Part shown: one piece after another, positions 19,930-30,889 of the stretch
Layout of the letters: the number at the start of each line of letters is the position of its first letter
Numbering within the stretch: position 1 is the stretch's first letter
Program-made: the position numbers and the translations under genes
Notes under the pieces: model-generated
The model's database searches: none
What the model was told of the DNA's origin: nothing
Seen by the model: the letters and a program-made list of their open reading frames with translations, nothing else
NCBI GenBank assembly: GCA_016292745.1
Contig: JAEDFO010000001.1
Location: forward strand, 43,823 to 107,822
Direction: 5' to 3'
Origin: Muribaculaceae bacterium
GTDB lineage: Bacteria; Bacteroidota; Bacteroidia; Bacteroidales; Muribaculaceae
Length of the DNA: 64,000 nucleotides

Positions 19930-21832
19930 ACCATATAAACAACCTTGGCTTCCAACCACTAAAAAAGAAATTGAGCGATTGGGCTGGGATTATATAGACG
20001 TCATTCTATTTTCTGGTGATGCTTATATCGACCACCCTTCTATGGGCTGTGCAGTCATTGGTCGAGTGCTTGAAAGTGCCGGATATCGAGTTGCAATTGT
20101 TCCACAACCTAATTGGCAGGATGATTTACGTGACTTTTCCAAGCTGGGTGCACCACGGCTGTTCTTTGGTGTAAGTGCCGGTGCCATGGACTCGATGGTA
20201 AATCACTATACAGCTGCACGCCGATTACGCAGCAATGACGCATATACTCCTAACGGTCGTGCCGGAGCCCGTCCGGATTACCCTACCATTGTATATACAA
20301 AAGCTTTGCGCAAACTATTCCCGGATGTGCCAATCGTTGTTGGTGGCATTGAGGCTTCGTTGCGCCGTTTTTCTCATTACGACTATTGGGCCGATGAATT
20401 GAGACACTCAATTCTATTGGATTCGGCAGCAGATATCTTGGTTTATGGAATGGGAGAACGCCCTATTCTTGAAATTGCCAAACGGTTAAGTGAAGGACAC
20501 TCAATTAAATCGCTTGTTGACATACCACAGACAGTGGTTTCGCTTTCTTTGTCATCTTTGCCAGAACAAACCGATTCGGAATCTGACTTTGTGCTTCATT
20601 CGTTCAGTGAATGCAAGGCAAACAAATTAAATCAGGCCGAGAATTTTAAAATTATTGAAATCGAATCGAATAAATGGGAAGGACGCACGTTGTGGCAAGT
20701 ATCTGACGGTGTCGTAATAAAGGCAAACCGACAATACCCTCCTTTGACTCAACAGGAAATTGATTCATTCTACGATTTGCCATATACACGTTTGCCCCAC
20801 CCTCGTTATCGTGGTAAAACTATTCCGGCCTACGAGATGATTCGCCATTCAATAACAATGCACCGTGGTTGCTTTGGCGGCTGTGCTTTCTGCACAATTT
20901 CTGCTCATCAAGGTAAATTCATATCTTCGCGAAGCAAACAATCGATATTGAATGAGGCCAAGAAGATTATTGGAATGGATGATTTCAAAGGCTATATTTC
21001 CGATTTGGGCGGTCCATCAGCAAATATGTATATGATGCATGGTTGCGATATCGAAATATGCAAGAGTTGCAAGCGGCCATCGTGTTTGCATCCGATTCCT
21101 TGTAAGAATTTGAGAAATGACCATAGCCCACTTCTCGATGTTTATCGTGCTGTTGACAACCTACCGGGAATTAAGAAATCGTTTATTGGCAGTGGCGTCC
21201 GTTACGATTTGGCGATGCATAAGAATACTGATGCCTCGATTAACAAGGCCAATCGTGAATATATTGAAGAACTGATTGCCCGCCATGTGTCAGGTCGTCT
21301 GAAAGTTGCACCAGAACATACGAGTGATGCAGTTTTGAATGTAATGAGGAAGCCAAATTTTGCATTGTTTAATGAGTTTAAAGTCATTTTCGACAATGTA
21401 AACCGCAAGCATGGCTTGAATCAGCAGCTTATCCCTTATTTCATATCCTCTCATCCCGGCTGTCATGAAGCGGATATGGCTGAGTTGGCTGTCGCTACTA
21501 AAAATCTGAATTTTCATCTGGAGCAAGTTCAGGATTTTACCCCCACTCCAATGACTGTTTCAACTGAGGCCTATTACACTGGAGTTCATCCCTATACTTT
21601 GCAACCTGTTTTTACTGCTAAGTCTCCAAAGGAAAAGTTGGCTCAACGAAAATATTTCTTCTGGTATTTGCAGGAAAACAAATCTGACATAATATCGTCG
21701 TTAAAACGTATAGGTCGCCTCGACCTAATTGATAAATTGTATCCTAATCAGTCATCGTATTGCGCCAATAAACCTCGACGTGCTGTCGAGGCACACAATA
21801 AATCAAGAAAGAATTCTAAAAACAAAAAATAA
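19916..21832 (+). CDS. ygiQ: YgiQ-family radical SAM protein (UPF0313)
   Basis: [10 protein letters not shown]3CX2C cluster. The track start at 19898 is TTG. The ATG at 19916 (MQTDKPY) overlaps the uvrB end by 14 nt. Confidence 0.85.
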   Translation: MQTDKPYKQPWLPTTKKEIERLGWDYIDVILFSGDAYIDHPSMGCAVIGRVLESAGYRVAIVPQPNWQDDLRDFSKLGAPRLFFGVSAGAMDSMVNHYTAARRLRSNDAYTPNGRAGARPDYPTIVYTKALRKLFPDVPIVVGGIEASLRRFSHYDYWADELRHSILLDSAADILVYGMGERPILEIAKRLSEGHSIKSLVDIPQTVVSLSLSSLPEQTDSESDFVLHSFSECKANKLNQAENFKIIEIESNKWEGRTLWQVSDGVVIKANRQYPPLTQQEIDSFYDLPYTRLPHPRYRGKTIPAYEMIRHSITMHRGCFGGCAFCTISAHQGKFISSRSKQSILNEAKKIIGMDDFKGYISDLGGPSANMYMMHGCDIEICKSCKRPSCLHPIPCKNLRNDHSPLLDVYRAVDNLPGIKKSFIGSGVRYDLAMHKNTDASINKANREYIEELIARHVSGRLKVAPEHTSDAVLNVMRKPNFALFNEFKVIFDNVNRKHGLNQQLIPYFISSHPGCHEADMAELAVATKNLNFHLEQVQDFTPTPMTVSTEAYYTGVHPYTLQPVFTAKSPKEKLAQRKYFFWYLQENKSDIISSLKRIGRLDLIDKLYPNQSSYCANKPRRAVEAHNKSRKNSKNKK

Positions 21833-23925
21833 TGAGAGATTTTAAGTTTATTTCAATTATGGCATCTGTATTGTCATTAGTAACAGTAACTGGTTGCGAC
21901 ACAGTAAAATCAGGATCTGAAGAAATTATCGAAAAGCCTGAATATACTGTTGTCGATGGGAAGTTCACTCCTGAGTTACTCGAAGCATTCGGACGTGTTG
22001 CCAGTCCGGTAGTATCGCCTGATGGCACTAAAATCCTTTATTCCGTAGGTTTTGAAAGCATCAAGCAGAACAAAGGCAATCGCGAACTATGGGTAATGGA
22101 CATTAACGGTGAAAACCAAAAGCGATTAACTCACACTGCAGAATCGGAATCGAATGCTGTGTGGATTGATGGCGGTAATAAAATTGCTTTCACATCAAAA
22201 GCCGATAATGGTGTGCAGATTTTTGTTATGAATGCCGACGGAACCGACAGAAAGCAAATCTCTAATGTAGAGGCTGGAGTTGAAGGATTCCTTTTCTCTC
22301 CTAATGAGAGCAAAGTGATGTATATCTCTACAGTAAAATGGAAAGACACCGCGAAAGACAAATATCCCGACCTTGATAAGACTTCAGGCCGTGTTATCGA
22401 TGATTTGATGTATAAGCATTGGGATGAATGGGTTGAAAACATTCCACACCCATTTGTTGCTGATTTTGATGGCAAAAGCATATCAAACGCCATAGATATT
22501 ATGGAAGGTGAACCATTTGAAGCTCCAATGCGCCCGTTTGGTGGTTCGGAATCGTTCTCATGGTCACCTGATGGTAAGAAATTGCTTTACGTATCTCGCA
22601 AAAAGCAAGGTCTTGACTACTCTGTTTCGACCAATTCCGACATATATAGTTATGACATTGAGTCGAAGACTACAGAAAACCTGACTGAAGGCATGTTGGG
22701 CTATGACACAAACCCCGCATATTCACCTGATGGCACTATGATTGCTTGGCTGTCGATGGAACGCAACGGGTATGAAGCCGATAAGAATCGTATATTCGTA
22801 ATGAATGTAGAAACCGGTGAAAAGACTGATCTCACTGAGAATTGGGATTATTCAGTCGACCAGATTGCTTGGAAGCCAAGTTCAAAAGACATTTATTTTA
22901 TAGCTCCTTATCTTGGCGACACTCCTATCTTCTCAATCAATGTTGAGACCCACGAGATTGCCGATGTGGCTAAAGGTCAATATGATTATGCCGCTCTCCA
23001 GCCGGTAAATGATTCCACTCTTATAACTCTTCGCCATTCAATGCTTGAACCAAACGAAGTTTATAGTGTTGCGGCAGGTGAAATAAAGCAGCTCACATCG
23101 GTTAATGCCGACCTGCTTTCGCAACTCTCTCCTATTACTATTGAACGTCGTATGGTTCCAACAACTGATGGCAAAGAGATGCTTACATGGGTACTCTTGC
23201 CTCCGAACTTCGAAAAGACAAAGAAATATCCGGCTATACTTTATTGCCAAGGTGGACCTCAATCTGCTGTCAGCCAATTCTGGTCGTACCGTTGGAATCT
23301 CCGTTTGATGGCCTCACAGGGATATGTCGTGATTGCTCCTAACCGTCGCGGTTTGCCTGGTTTTGGAACAGAATGGAACGAACAAATTTCCGGCGACTAT
23401 GGCGGTCAAAACATGAAGGACTATTTTGCTGCTGTTGATGCAGTTAAGACAGAACCATGGGTAGATGAGACAAAAATCGGCGCTGTCGGTGCCAGCTACG
23501 GTGGATTCTCGGTATATTGGCTTGCAGGACATCATGAAAACCGCTTTGCAGCATTCATTGCTCATGCTGGAATATTCAACCTTGAGGCTCAATATCTTGA
23601 AACGGAGGAAATGTGGTTTGCCAATTGGGATATGGGCGGCGCTTATTGGGATAAGAATAATGCTATAGCACAAAATACTTTTGCAAATTCTCCTCATAGA
23701 TTTGTCGACAAATGGAATGCTCCAATCATGATTACTGTTGGAGAGAAGGATTATAGAATCGTTGCTACTCAGGGTATGCAGGCATTCAATGCTGCTAAAC
23801 TCCGTGGAATTCCGACCCGGATGGTCGTATTCCCGGATGAGAATCATTGGATACTCAAACCACAAAATGCTTTGCTTTGGCAGCGCGAATTCTTTGCTTG
23901 GCTCGACCAATGGTTGAAGAACTAA
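21832..23925 (+). CDS. S9-family serine peptidase lipoprotein (beta-propeller + alpha/beta hydrolase)
   Basis: Lipobox VTVTGC and GASYGG nucleophile elbow. Its start overlaps the ygiQ stop as TAATG. Confidence 0.85.
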   Translation: MRDFKFISIMASVLSLVTVTGCDTVKSGSEEIIEKPEYTVVDGKFTPELLEAFGRVASPVVSPDGTKILYSVGFESIKQNKGNRELWVMDINGENQKRLTHTAESESNAVWIDGGNKIAFTSKADNGVQIFVMNADGTDRKQISNVEAGVEGFLFSPNESKVMYISTVKWKDTAKDKYPDLDKTSGRVIDDLMYKHWDEWVENIPHPFVADFDGKSISNAIDIMEGEPFEAPMRPFGGSESFSWSPDGKKLLYVSRKKQGLDYSVSTNSDIYSYDIESKTTENLTEGMLGYDTNPAYSPDGTMIAWLSMERNGYEADKNRIFVMNVETGEKTDLTENWDYSVDQIAWKPSSKDIYFIAPYLGDTPIFSINVETHEIADVAKGQYDYAALQPVNDSTLITLRHSMLEPNEVYSVAAGEIKQLTSVNADLLSQLSPITIERRMVPTTDGKEMLTWVLLPPNFEKTKKYPAILYCQGGPQSAVSQFWSYRWNLRLMASQGYVVIAPNRRGLPGFGTEWNEQISGDYGGQNMKDYFAAVDAVKTEPWVDETKIGAVGASYGGFSVYWLAGHHENRFAAFIAHAGIFNLEAQYLETEEMWFANWDMGGAYWDKNNAIAQNTFANSPHRFVDKWNAPIMITVGEKDYRIVATQGMQAFNAAKLRGIPTRMVVFPDENHWILKPQNALLWQREFFAWLDQWLKN

Positions 23926-23947
23926 TTACTTGATAACTTAAATAAAA

Positions 23948-23981
23948 GCCCCGATAATTGGAATAGACCAGTTATCGGGGC
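23948..23981. terminator. Bidirectional terminator between the peptidase gene and trxB
   Basis: 14-bp stem, GCCCCGATAATTGG paired with CCAGTTATCGGGGC, with a 6-nt loop. Confidence 0.6.
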
Positions 23982-24003
23982 AATATTTATGAACAACTGT
24001 TTC

Positions 24004-24948
24004 TTACATTCTGTGGTTGGCTATGAAACGCTCAGCATCCAGAGCAGCTTTGCATCCAGAACCGGCAGCTACAATAGCCTGCTGATAATTCGGGTCGGCA
24101 ACATCACCAGCTGCAAATACACCCTCTACTGATGTAGAAGTGGTTCCGTTCTTAGTAACAATGAATCCTTTATCATCGAGCTCAATCTTGCCGGCAAGAA
24201 ACTCTGTGTTAGGATGATGTCCGATTGCAAGGAAAAAGCCATCGATGTCAATCTCGAAATGCTCTTCACTTTCTGTACCTGCAAAGCGAACGAGTTGCGC
24301 TTTCTTCAATGTCTTTTCGCCGGATAGGCCGACAGTGTTGGTGTTGTAAAGGATTTCGATGTTGTCAATACCTTCTACGCGATTTTGCATTGCCTTTGAA
24401 GCTCTCAAATAATCCTTGCGAACAATCATGTAAACTTTTTTTGCAAGGTTAGCAAGATAAGATGCTTCTTCACAAGCTGTGTCGCCACCGCCAACTACAG
24501 CCACTGTTTTTCCACGATAGAAGAATCCATCACATGTAGCACATGCTGATACTCCGCGTCCGCTGAATGTCTTTTCGTCTGCCAAACCTAAATATTTTGC
24601 CGATGCTCCTGAACAAATAATAATGGTTTCTGCATTTACTACAGTCCCATCATCTATTTTAGCAACGAACGGACGATTTGAGAAATCTACATCTGTTACT
24701 ATACCCGACCGGATATCGGCATTGAATCTCAATGCCTGATTTCGGAAATCTTCCATCATGTCGAATCCGTTAACCCCCTCGGGATATCCGGGGAAATTCT
24801 CCACGTCGGTAGTCGTCGTAAGCTGTCCGCCGGGTTGTAATCCTTCATAGAGTACTGGCGACAGATTGGCACGTGATGCGTAGATAGCTGCTGTGTATCC
24901 AGCAGGGCCTGAACCAATAATCAGGCACTTCGTATTTATACTTTCCAT
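24004..24948 (-). CDS. trxB: Thioredoxin-disulfide reductase
   Basis: GSGPAG, CATCDG and GGGDTA motifs. Confidence 0.93.
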   Translation of the reverse strand: MESINTKCLIIGSGPAGYTAAIYASRANLSPVLYEGLQPGGQLTTTTDVENFPGYPEGVNGFDMMEDFRNQALRFNADIRSGIVTDVDFSNRPFVAKIDDGTVVNAETIIICSGASAKYLGLADEKTFSGRGVSACATCDGFFYRGKTVAVVGGGDTACEEASYLANLAKKVYMIVRKDYLRASKAMQNRVEGIDNIEILYNTNTVGLSGEKTLKKAQLVRFAGTESEEHFEIDIDGFFLAIGHHPNTEFLAGKIELDDKGFIVTKNGTTSTSVEGVFAAGDVADPNYQQAIVAAGSGCKAALDAERFIANHRM

Positions 24949-24960
24949 AAAAATATTGTT

Positions 24961-25578
24961 TTATCGTAAATCAATAACAGGTGTTGCTTTAGGAACTTCT
25001 GACGCTGAAAATTTGAAAAATTGGGTTTCGTATTTATTAAGTGCTCTATAGCCAGTGATGTGGATTGACGATTGCTGACCGTTTGCCATAACAATAACAG
25101 CTTTCGTAATGTAGTACGATGTCTTACTTACCGATATAACAATTTCACGATATGTTGATTTCTTTGTTGACTTTGGAACCAATTTTAAAACATACGAGTC
25201 GGAGTCGTACGATTTAAGAAGTGATACAATATTGTCGGTCTTATAATTTCTTAGCGCAATATATGGATTCATCGATTGCAATTCCTCATTTGTTGGCGAT
25301 GTCAAGTTCACTTCTCCTACATCTTTACTGTAGGTCCACAAGTTTTTCCCATCATACCAGCATCTGAGTTCAAGAGTCTGCAATTTAAAACAGTTGCCCT
25401 GCATGATGATGGTGCCTTTCGATGTGTTTTTGCCTGCAGTTATAGCCAAGTTTGCTGACAAGCAAGTCGAAGTCCTATATTTAGTGAGTACGTTCTTCAT
25501 CACACCGTCGGCATTGACAGCCCAAAGCGACGTTACACATATGATGAATGATGCTAAAAATATGTATCTTAATTTCAT
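24961..25578 (-). CDS. lolA: LolA-like outer-membrane lipoprotein carrier/sorting protein
   Basis: Signal peptide, ~200 aa, and the conserved position after ftsK. The track start is TTG, so I trimmed it to the ATG at 25578. Confidence 0.55.
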   Translation of the reverse strand: MKLRYIFLASFIICVTSLWAVNADGVMKNVLTKYRTSTCLSANLAITAGKNTSKGTIIMQGNCFKLQTLELRCWYDGKNLWTYSKDVGEVNLTSPTNEELQSMNPYIALRNYKTDNIVSLLKSYDSDSYVLKLVPKSTKKSTYREIVISVSKTSYYITKAVIVMANGQQSSIHITGYRALNKYETQFFKFSASEVPKATPVIDLR

Positions 25579-25580
25579 AA

Positions 25581-28040
25581 TCAAAGCATTTGTGATAGTT
25601 GAATTGAATCGATAAGAACCTGACGTGGCTTACCACCCTGAGATGGTCCGACAATTCCTGCTGCCTCAAGTTGGTCCATGATTTTCCCGGCACGGTTATA
25701 GCCAATGGAGAATCTTCGTTGAAGAGAAGAAGTTGATGCGGTTTGCCCAGTAACAATAAATGCTGCCGCCTCTTCAAATAGAGAGTCACGCTCACTGGGG
25801 CCGGATGAACCTCCAAAGGCATCGTCGTATGAGTCTTTCTCAGGAATAAATTCCGGTAATTCATAAGGCTCGGCATATCCAATCTGGTCGCTGATAAAAT
25901 CGCATACAGATTCAACCTCGGGGGTATCGATAAATGCGCACTGAACACGCTCAAGTTCACCATTAGCCAGGAATAGCATATCACCACGACCGATAAGTTG
26001 CTGAGCACCGGAACAATCGAGGATGGTACGGCTGTCGACCATCTGCGACACACGGAATGCTATACGTCCTGGGAAATTGGCCTTTATCAATCCAGTAATT
26101 ACATTTGTCGACGGACGCTGTGTGGCAATGATAAGGTGTATACCTACAGCACGTGCTTTTTGTGCTATACGGGCAATTGGTGTTTCTACTTCCTTGCCGG
26201 CAGTCATAATCAAATCGCTGAACTCATCGACAATTACCACAATGTATGGCATAAAGTCGTGTCCTTTCTCCGGATTGAGAAGGTGATTGAGATACTTGGC
26301 GTTATATTCCTTTATATTGCGCACATGGGCATCTTTAAGCAGTTCATAACGATTGTCCATGAGCATTGTGAGCGAATTCAATGTAGCCACAACTTTAGTA
26401 ACATCGGTAATTATGGCATCGCCATCGCCCGGCATCTTTGCCAAATAATGGTGCTCAAGTTTGCTGTAAAGGCTAAACTCAACCATCTTCGGGTCGATGA
26501 GCACAAATTTGAGTTCAGCAGGATGCTTACGATATATAAGCGATGTGATGATGGCATTCAATCCAACCGATTTACCTTGACCTGTTGCACCGGCAACAAG
26601 CAGATGTGGCATCTTGCACAAGTCGGCTATGAAGACTTTGTTGGATATCGTACAACCCATTGCCATCGGCAAGTCGTATTTACATTCCTTATATTGTTTC
26701 GACTCAATGATTGAACGCATCGAAACAGTTTGGGGTTCTCTATTAGGCACTTCAATACCGATGGTTCCTCGTCCTGGTATAGGTGCTATGATGCGTATGC
26801 CCAGCGCTGCCAGTTTTAGGGCTATATCGTTCTCAAGATTCTTGATTTTAGATATTCTGACTCCGTCGGCAGGAATAATCTCGAAAAGTGTAATTGTTGG
26901 ACCAACACACACGTCAATCTGTTTTATGTCGATATCGAAGCTGTTTAGAGCTTCAGTAATTCGACGTTTGTTCTCTTCCTGCTCTTGAATATCAACATTA
27001 TTCTTCTTGACCGTGATGTCACGAAGTAAATCGATTGGTGGAAATTTGAAACGTGGCAGGCTCTTGGTTGGGTCGATTACTTCAAGTTTCTTGTCTGATT
27101 TCTCGATTGGCTTGGCAATCGTTATGTCGCCGTTTACAGTTGCTGGCTTAAGATCACTATTATCTGATGAAGGATTTTTAGCCTCTATGGCTCCGTCCGT
27201 ACCATGGACATCAGTATCAGCAATAGGTTGCAAATCATCGTTTTCCGGCTCCTTTGGTTCGATGTCAGCAACTGGTTGTTCCTCAATATTGAATTGAATC
27301 GATTCATTCTCGTCTGTGTTGGAATCGGGCCTATCATCTGTCATGGCAACATCGTTTTCGTCGTTGTCCGCACTTTTTTTGTGTAATATCGATGAAACTT
27401 TCGATATAAATTTCATTATTCTGCCGAGGAAAATGATGCAAGCTATGAACAATAGTGCTCCGAGTAACATTAATGTACCTGGCAGTCCCATTAAATTAAT
27501 CAAGAATGTGCTGATATGGTTGCCTGTTTCACCGCCATAGTTTATGTAGCTGGGATTGTATAATGAATATACACCGAGAGCAACGACAGAAAAAGCAATT
27601 AAAACGAGTGAAATCAAAGTAAATGACAGAAGTTTCACACGCTTTGCTCCAAACAACCGTATTCCGAGAACCAACAGCCATAAGGCTATAATAAAGGATG
27701 GAAATCCGAACCATTTATTGATGAACAGTTCAGAAACATAAGCCCCCAACGAACCCATGACATTTTCAATTTTGTTTCCGCTTATTGCGATATCAATGCA
27801 CGATTCGTTTATTACTCTGCTCTGGTCGATTGCTCCGGTTTTAATGAATGAAATGAACGAAACAATCATGAAGAATCCTGCAAAAGCAAACAACAGTCCG
27901 AAAAGCATATTGAGTCTGGTTGAGACAAAGAACGAGCTGATTCTATTGCCAAGCGAAGGCTTTTTCGGCTTGTCAGATTGTTTGTCGGTAGGTTTATTAT
28001 GTTCGTCTAATATGTCGGGATTGAATGATTCTTGTTCCAC
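25581..28040 (-). CDS. ftsK: DNA translocase FtsK/SpoIIIE
   Basis: N-terminal TM helices, an acidic linker, Walker A GATGQGKS, and a gamma wHTH domain (SLQRRFSIGYNRAGKIMDQLE). Confidence 0.93.
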   Translation of the reverse strand: MEQESFNPDILDEHNKPTDKQSDKPKKPSLGNRISSFFVSTRLNMLFGLLFAFAGFFMIVSFISFIKTGAIDQSRVINESCIDIAISGNKIENVMGSLGAYVSELFINKWFGFPSFIIALWLLVLGIRLFGAKRVKLLSFTLISLVLIAFSVVALGVYSLYNPSYINYGGETGNHISTFLINLMGLPGTLMLLGALLFIACIIFLGRIMKFISKVSSILHKKSADNDENDVAMTDDRPDSNTDENESIQFNIEEQPVADIEPKEPENDDLQPIADTDVHGTDGAIEAKNPSSDNSDLKPATVNGDITIAKPIEKSDKKLEVIDPTKSLPRFKFPPIDLLRDITVKKNNVDIQEQEENKRRITEALNSFDIDIKQIDVCVGPTITLFEIIPADGVRISKIKNLENDIALKLAALGIRIIAPIPGRGTIGIEVPNREPQTVSMRSIIESKQYKECKYDLPMAMGCTISNKVFIADLCKMPHLLVAGATGQGKSVGLNAIITSLIYRKHPAELKFVLIDPKMVEFSLYSKLEHHYLAKMPGDGDAIITDVTKVVATLNSLTMLMDNRYELLKDAHVRNIKEYNAKYLNHLLNPEKGHDFMPYIVVIVDEFSDLIMTAGKEVETPIARIAQKARAVGIHLIIATQRPSTNVITGLIKANFPGRIAFRVSQMVDSRTILDCSGAQQLIGRGDMLFLANGELERVQCAFIDTPEVESVCDFISDQIGYAEPYELPEFIPEKDSYDDAFGGSSGPSERDSLFEEAAAFIVTGQTASTSSLQRRFSIGYNRAGKIMDQLEAAGIVGPSQGGKPRQVLIDSIQLSQML

Positions 28041-28071
28041 AATCTAAATGTTTTAAATAGTAAAAAATAGA

Positions 28072-29547
28072 TTACTTAACCCAGAAATATTTCGTAAAGA
28101 TAACTAAAAAAGTAAATAATTCCAATCGGCCGGCAATCATGGCAAAAATAAGGGTAATCTTACCCACATCAGCCACATAGAAGAATGAACCGTCGAATCC
28201 TGTTATACCAGCTCCATATCCAATATTGCTGAGTGCTGATACTGATGCAAAAACCGAATCGATAAAGCTATACCCACACAATGTTAGGATTATGGTACAA
28301 ATTGCTAATATCATCACGAATATTGCAAGAAATGCAATTATTTTGTTAACAGCCTCATTTGGAACCACTTTATTGTTAACTCTTACAGTAGTGATTGAAT
28401 TAGGATGAATAATGCGATAGAATTCATTTCTTGTGTTTTTAATAAGCACAATAAGCCGGTCGATTTTTGCACCTGAGGTTGTTGAGCCAGCACATGCACC
28501 AAAAAACATAAGTATAATGAACAAAACTATAGTAAATTGCCCCCACTGCTCATAATTCGAAATTGCGAAACCCGTTGACGACATTCCGGAAACAACATGG
28601 AACAATGGGCAGAGAAATGCTTGATGCAAATCGTCATATTTCCCGGATATAATCAATGAAAAGACAATCAAGGCTGACGAGGTAAGAATAACTGCAATAT
28701 AACATTTGAATATGTCGTTCTTATACAGCGCTTTAAAGTCCCCATGGCCGAAACGATACAGAAGTTGGAAATTAACGCTTCCAAGAAACATAAACAGTAG
28801 CACAACATAACTAATGTACGTTGAATCCCACCAACCTATGCTTGAGTTCTTTGTCGAGAAACCTCCGGTTGATACAGTTGACAAAGTTTGACATAAGGCA
28901 TCAAATGTTTCCATCGGGCCTAATAGCAACAGTACGAATTCAGCTATTGAGATAATTATGTATACCAACCACAAGCCTTTTGCTGTCTGGCTTATGCGTG
29001 GACGAAGTTTATCGTGTGTTATGCCTGACACTTCAGCATTAAACAATTGTATGCCGCCTTTGTGATTGAGCATCGGTAAGACAGCCAACGTGAAAAGTAT
29101 TATACCCATGCCACCAACCCACTGCATTAGGGAGCGCCATAGCAACAAACCATGTGGTAACGACTCGACATCTGTGAAAATCGATGCTCCTGTAGTTGTA
29201 AATCCTGATACGGCCTCAAAGTATGCATCGATTATTCTAATGTCAGGCAACGAAAACACAAAAGGCAACATCCCAAACAAAGAGAAAATCAACCATACAA
29301 GTGATGTTAGCAATATCGCTTCACGTGTAGCCAAGTCGCTGTATCGCGGTTTTATGCCGAATGCCATACACATACCCGCAACCACTGTAATGATTATCGA
29401 CATGAAGAACCCTTTGAGTGAATCATCGTGGGTTATAATGTCGGTGATAAAAGGAAAGAGCATAAAAGCAGCCTCGATTAACAGGAGCCAACCTATCAAA
29501 CGAAGCACTATGGGCAAATTGATTTTTGCTCTACGCTCTTTTATCAT
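28072..29547 (-). CDS. trkH: TrkH-family potassium uptake protein
   Basis: 491-aa polytopic protein of the TrkH/KtrB type, adjacent to trkA. Confidence 0.9.
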   Translation of the reverse strand: MIKERRAKINLPIVLRLIGWLLLIEAAFMLFPFITDIITHDDSLKGFFMSIIITVVAGMCMAFGIKPRYSDLATREAILLTSLVWLIFSLFGMLPFVFSLPDIRIIDAYFEAVSGFTTTGASIFTDVESLPHGLLLWRSLMQWVGGMGIILFTLAVLPMLNHKGGIQLFNAEVSGITHDKLRPRISQTAKGLWLVYIIISIAEFVLLLLGPMETFDALCQTLSTVSTGGFSTKNSSIGWWDSTYISYVVLLFMFLGSVNFQLLYRFGHGDFKALYKNDIFKCYIAVILTSSALIVFSLIISGKYDDLHQAFLCPLFHVVSGMSSTGFAISNYEQWGQFTIVLFIILMFFGACAGSTTSGAKIDRLIVLIKNTRNEFYRIIHPNSITTVRVNNKVVPNEAVNKIIAFLAIFVMILAICTIILTLCGYSFIDSVFASVSALSNIGYGAGITGFDGSFFYVADVGKITLIFAMIAGRLELFTFLVIFTKYFWVK

Positions 29548-29557
29548 AATATCAATA

Positions 29558-30889
29558 TCAACTGAATAACTTTTCTACTTTGTGTATTGCGCCGTCCAAA
29601 CAGAAAATCACAACATGGTCGCCAGGGAGAATAGTTGTATTACCATTAACAAGCATACCTTTGCCGTCGCGAATCAATCCTGCTATTGTCATGTCGCGCG
29701 ATAGATTCAGGTCTTTAACCATACCCTTGGTGATTTTCGACTTAGGCTTTACAACAAGTTCAGCAACTTCGGCATCGGCAAGTGCAAGACATTTGGAGTT
29801 TGACGTGTCGCTATCGAGCAATATCTGGAATATCTTGCTTGATGACAGCAACTTTTTATTCACAATTGTCCCGATGTTTAGATTCTCTGCTTCATTGATA
29901 AATTGAATTGTCTCGACTTCAGCGATGGTTTTTGCCACTCCCATTTCCTTTGCAGTAAGGCATCCAAGGATATTGGCCTCTGAGCTATCAGTAAGAGCAA
30001 TGAATGCATCATAGTCGTGGATTCCTTCAACATTCAGCAGGTCGATATCTCGACCATCTCCATTAACTATGTTGGCTTCAGGTAGACGTTCGGCGAGATA
30101 AATCGATTTTTCTCTATTACTTTCGATAATCTTGAACTTATACTGCCCTTCTGATATTTTTGCCAACTGGATTGCAATGCGACTGCCGCCCATAATAAGT
30201 ACGCGTTTTACGTCGACCGACTTCTTTCCACATAGTTCTCTAATGTTGTCAACGTAGTTCTTTGTTGTAGCAAAATATAGTATGTCGTTGCTCTTTATGT
30301 AGTCGTCGCCTCGAGGTATGATGGTCTCCTGATTACGTTTAATGGCAGAAATGTGAAAATACGATGAAAGAGACGCCAAATCTTTAAGATGCATGCCGGT
30401 GAGACGTGCATTGTCTCTAACTTTCACGCCGATAACTATAATCTCGCCGTCGTACATCTCAAACCAGTTTCTTACCCAGGTCCATTTTAAAGCCGTCTTA
30501 ATTTCCTCGGCTGCCAGAAGTTCTGGATAAATAAGTTCGTCGACTCCAATCGACTTGAAGAATGCCTTGCCTTGAGGTTTTAAGTATTCGTAATTGTCAA
30601 TTCGAGCAACGGTGTATTTGGCTCCCAGCCAGTGAGCCATCGAACAGGCCGATATATTCTGGGTTTCGTAGGGCGTAACAGCTATAAACAAATCGGCTTG
30701 ATCAATGTTGACCGATTTAAGTGTCTTGAACGAAGTTGGACTGCCTACGAAGGTCATCAAATTATATGAGTCAAGATTCGACAGTTTTGATTCATTGCTG
30801 TCGACAAGTATAACATCCTGATTTTCCTTTGACAATAGTTTTGCCAAGTGTGAACCAACTTCGCCTGCTCCTACAATTATTATTTTCAT
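29558..30889 (-). CDS. trkA: Trk system potassium uptake protein TrkA (two RCK units)
   Basis: MKIIIVGAGEVG and a second Rossmann motif IMGGSRIA. I trimmed the start from the track to the ATG at 30889, which overlaps the dxs stop as ATGA. Confidence 0.9.
   Translation of the reverse strand: MKIIIVGAGEVGSHLAKLLSKENQDVILVDSNESKLSNLDSYNLMTFVGSPTSFKTLKSVNIDQADLFIAVTPYETQNISACSMAHWLGAKYTVARIDNYEYLKPQGKAFFKSIGVDELIYPELLAAEEIKTALKWTWVRNWFEMYDGEIIVIGVKVRDNARLTGMHLKDLASLSSYFHISAIKRNQETIIPRGDDYIKSNDILYFATTKNYVDNIRELCGKKSVDVKRVLIMGGSRIAIQLAKISEGQYKFKIIESNREKSIYLAERLPEANIVNGDGRDIDLLNVEGIHDYDAFIALTDSSEANILGCLTAKEMGVAKTIAEVETIQFINEAENLNIGTIVNKKLLSSSKIFQILLDSDTSNSKCLALADAEVAELVVKPKSKITKGMVKDLNLSRDMTIAGLIRDGKGMLVNGNTTILPGDHVVIFCLDGAIHKVEKLFS

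Noticed and set aside
23314-23910. 198-aa minus-strand ORF
   Set aside because: It is antisense to the catalytic domain of the S9 peptidase and has no motifs.
25481-26053. 190-aa minus-strand ORF spanning the ftsK/lolA junction
   Set aside because: It is an alternative frame of the same strand over two well-supported genes, and its low-complexity Leu/Ser/Pro-rich sequence is not plausible.
25998-26714. 238-aa plus-strand ORF
   Set aside because: It is antisense to the ftsK motor domain. It has no motifs and a shadow-ORF composition.
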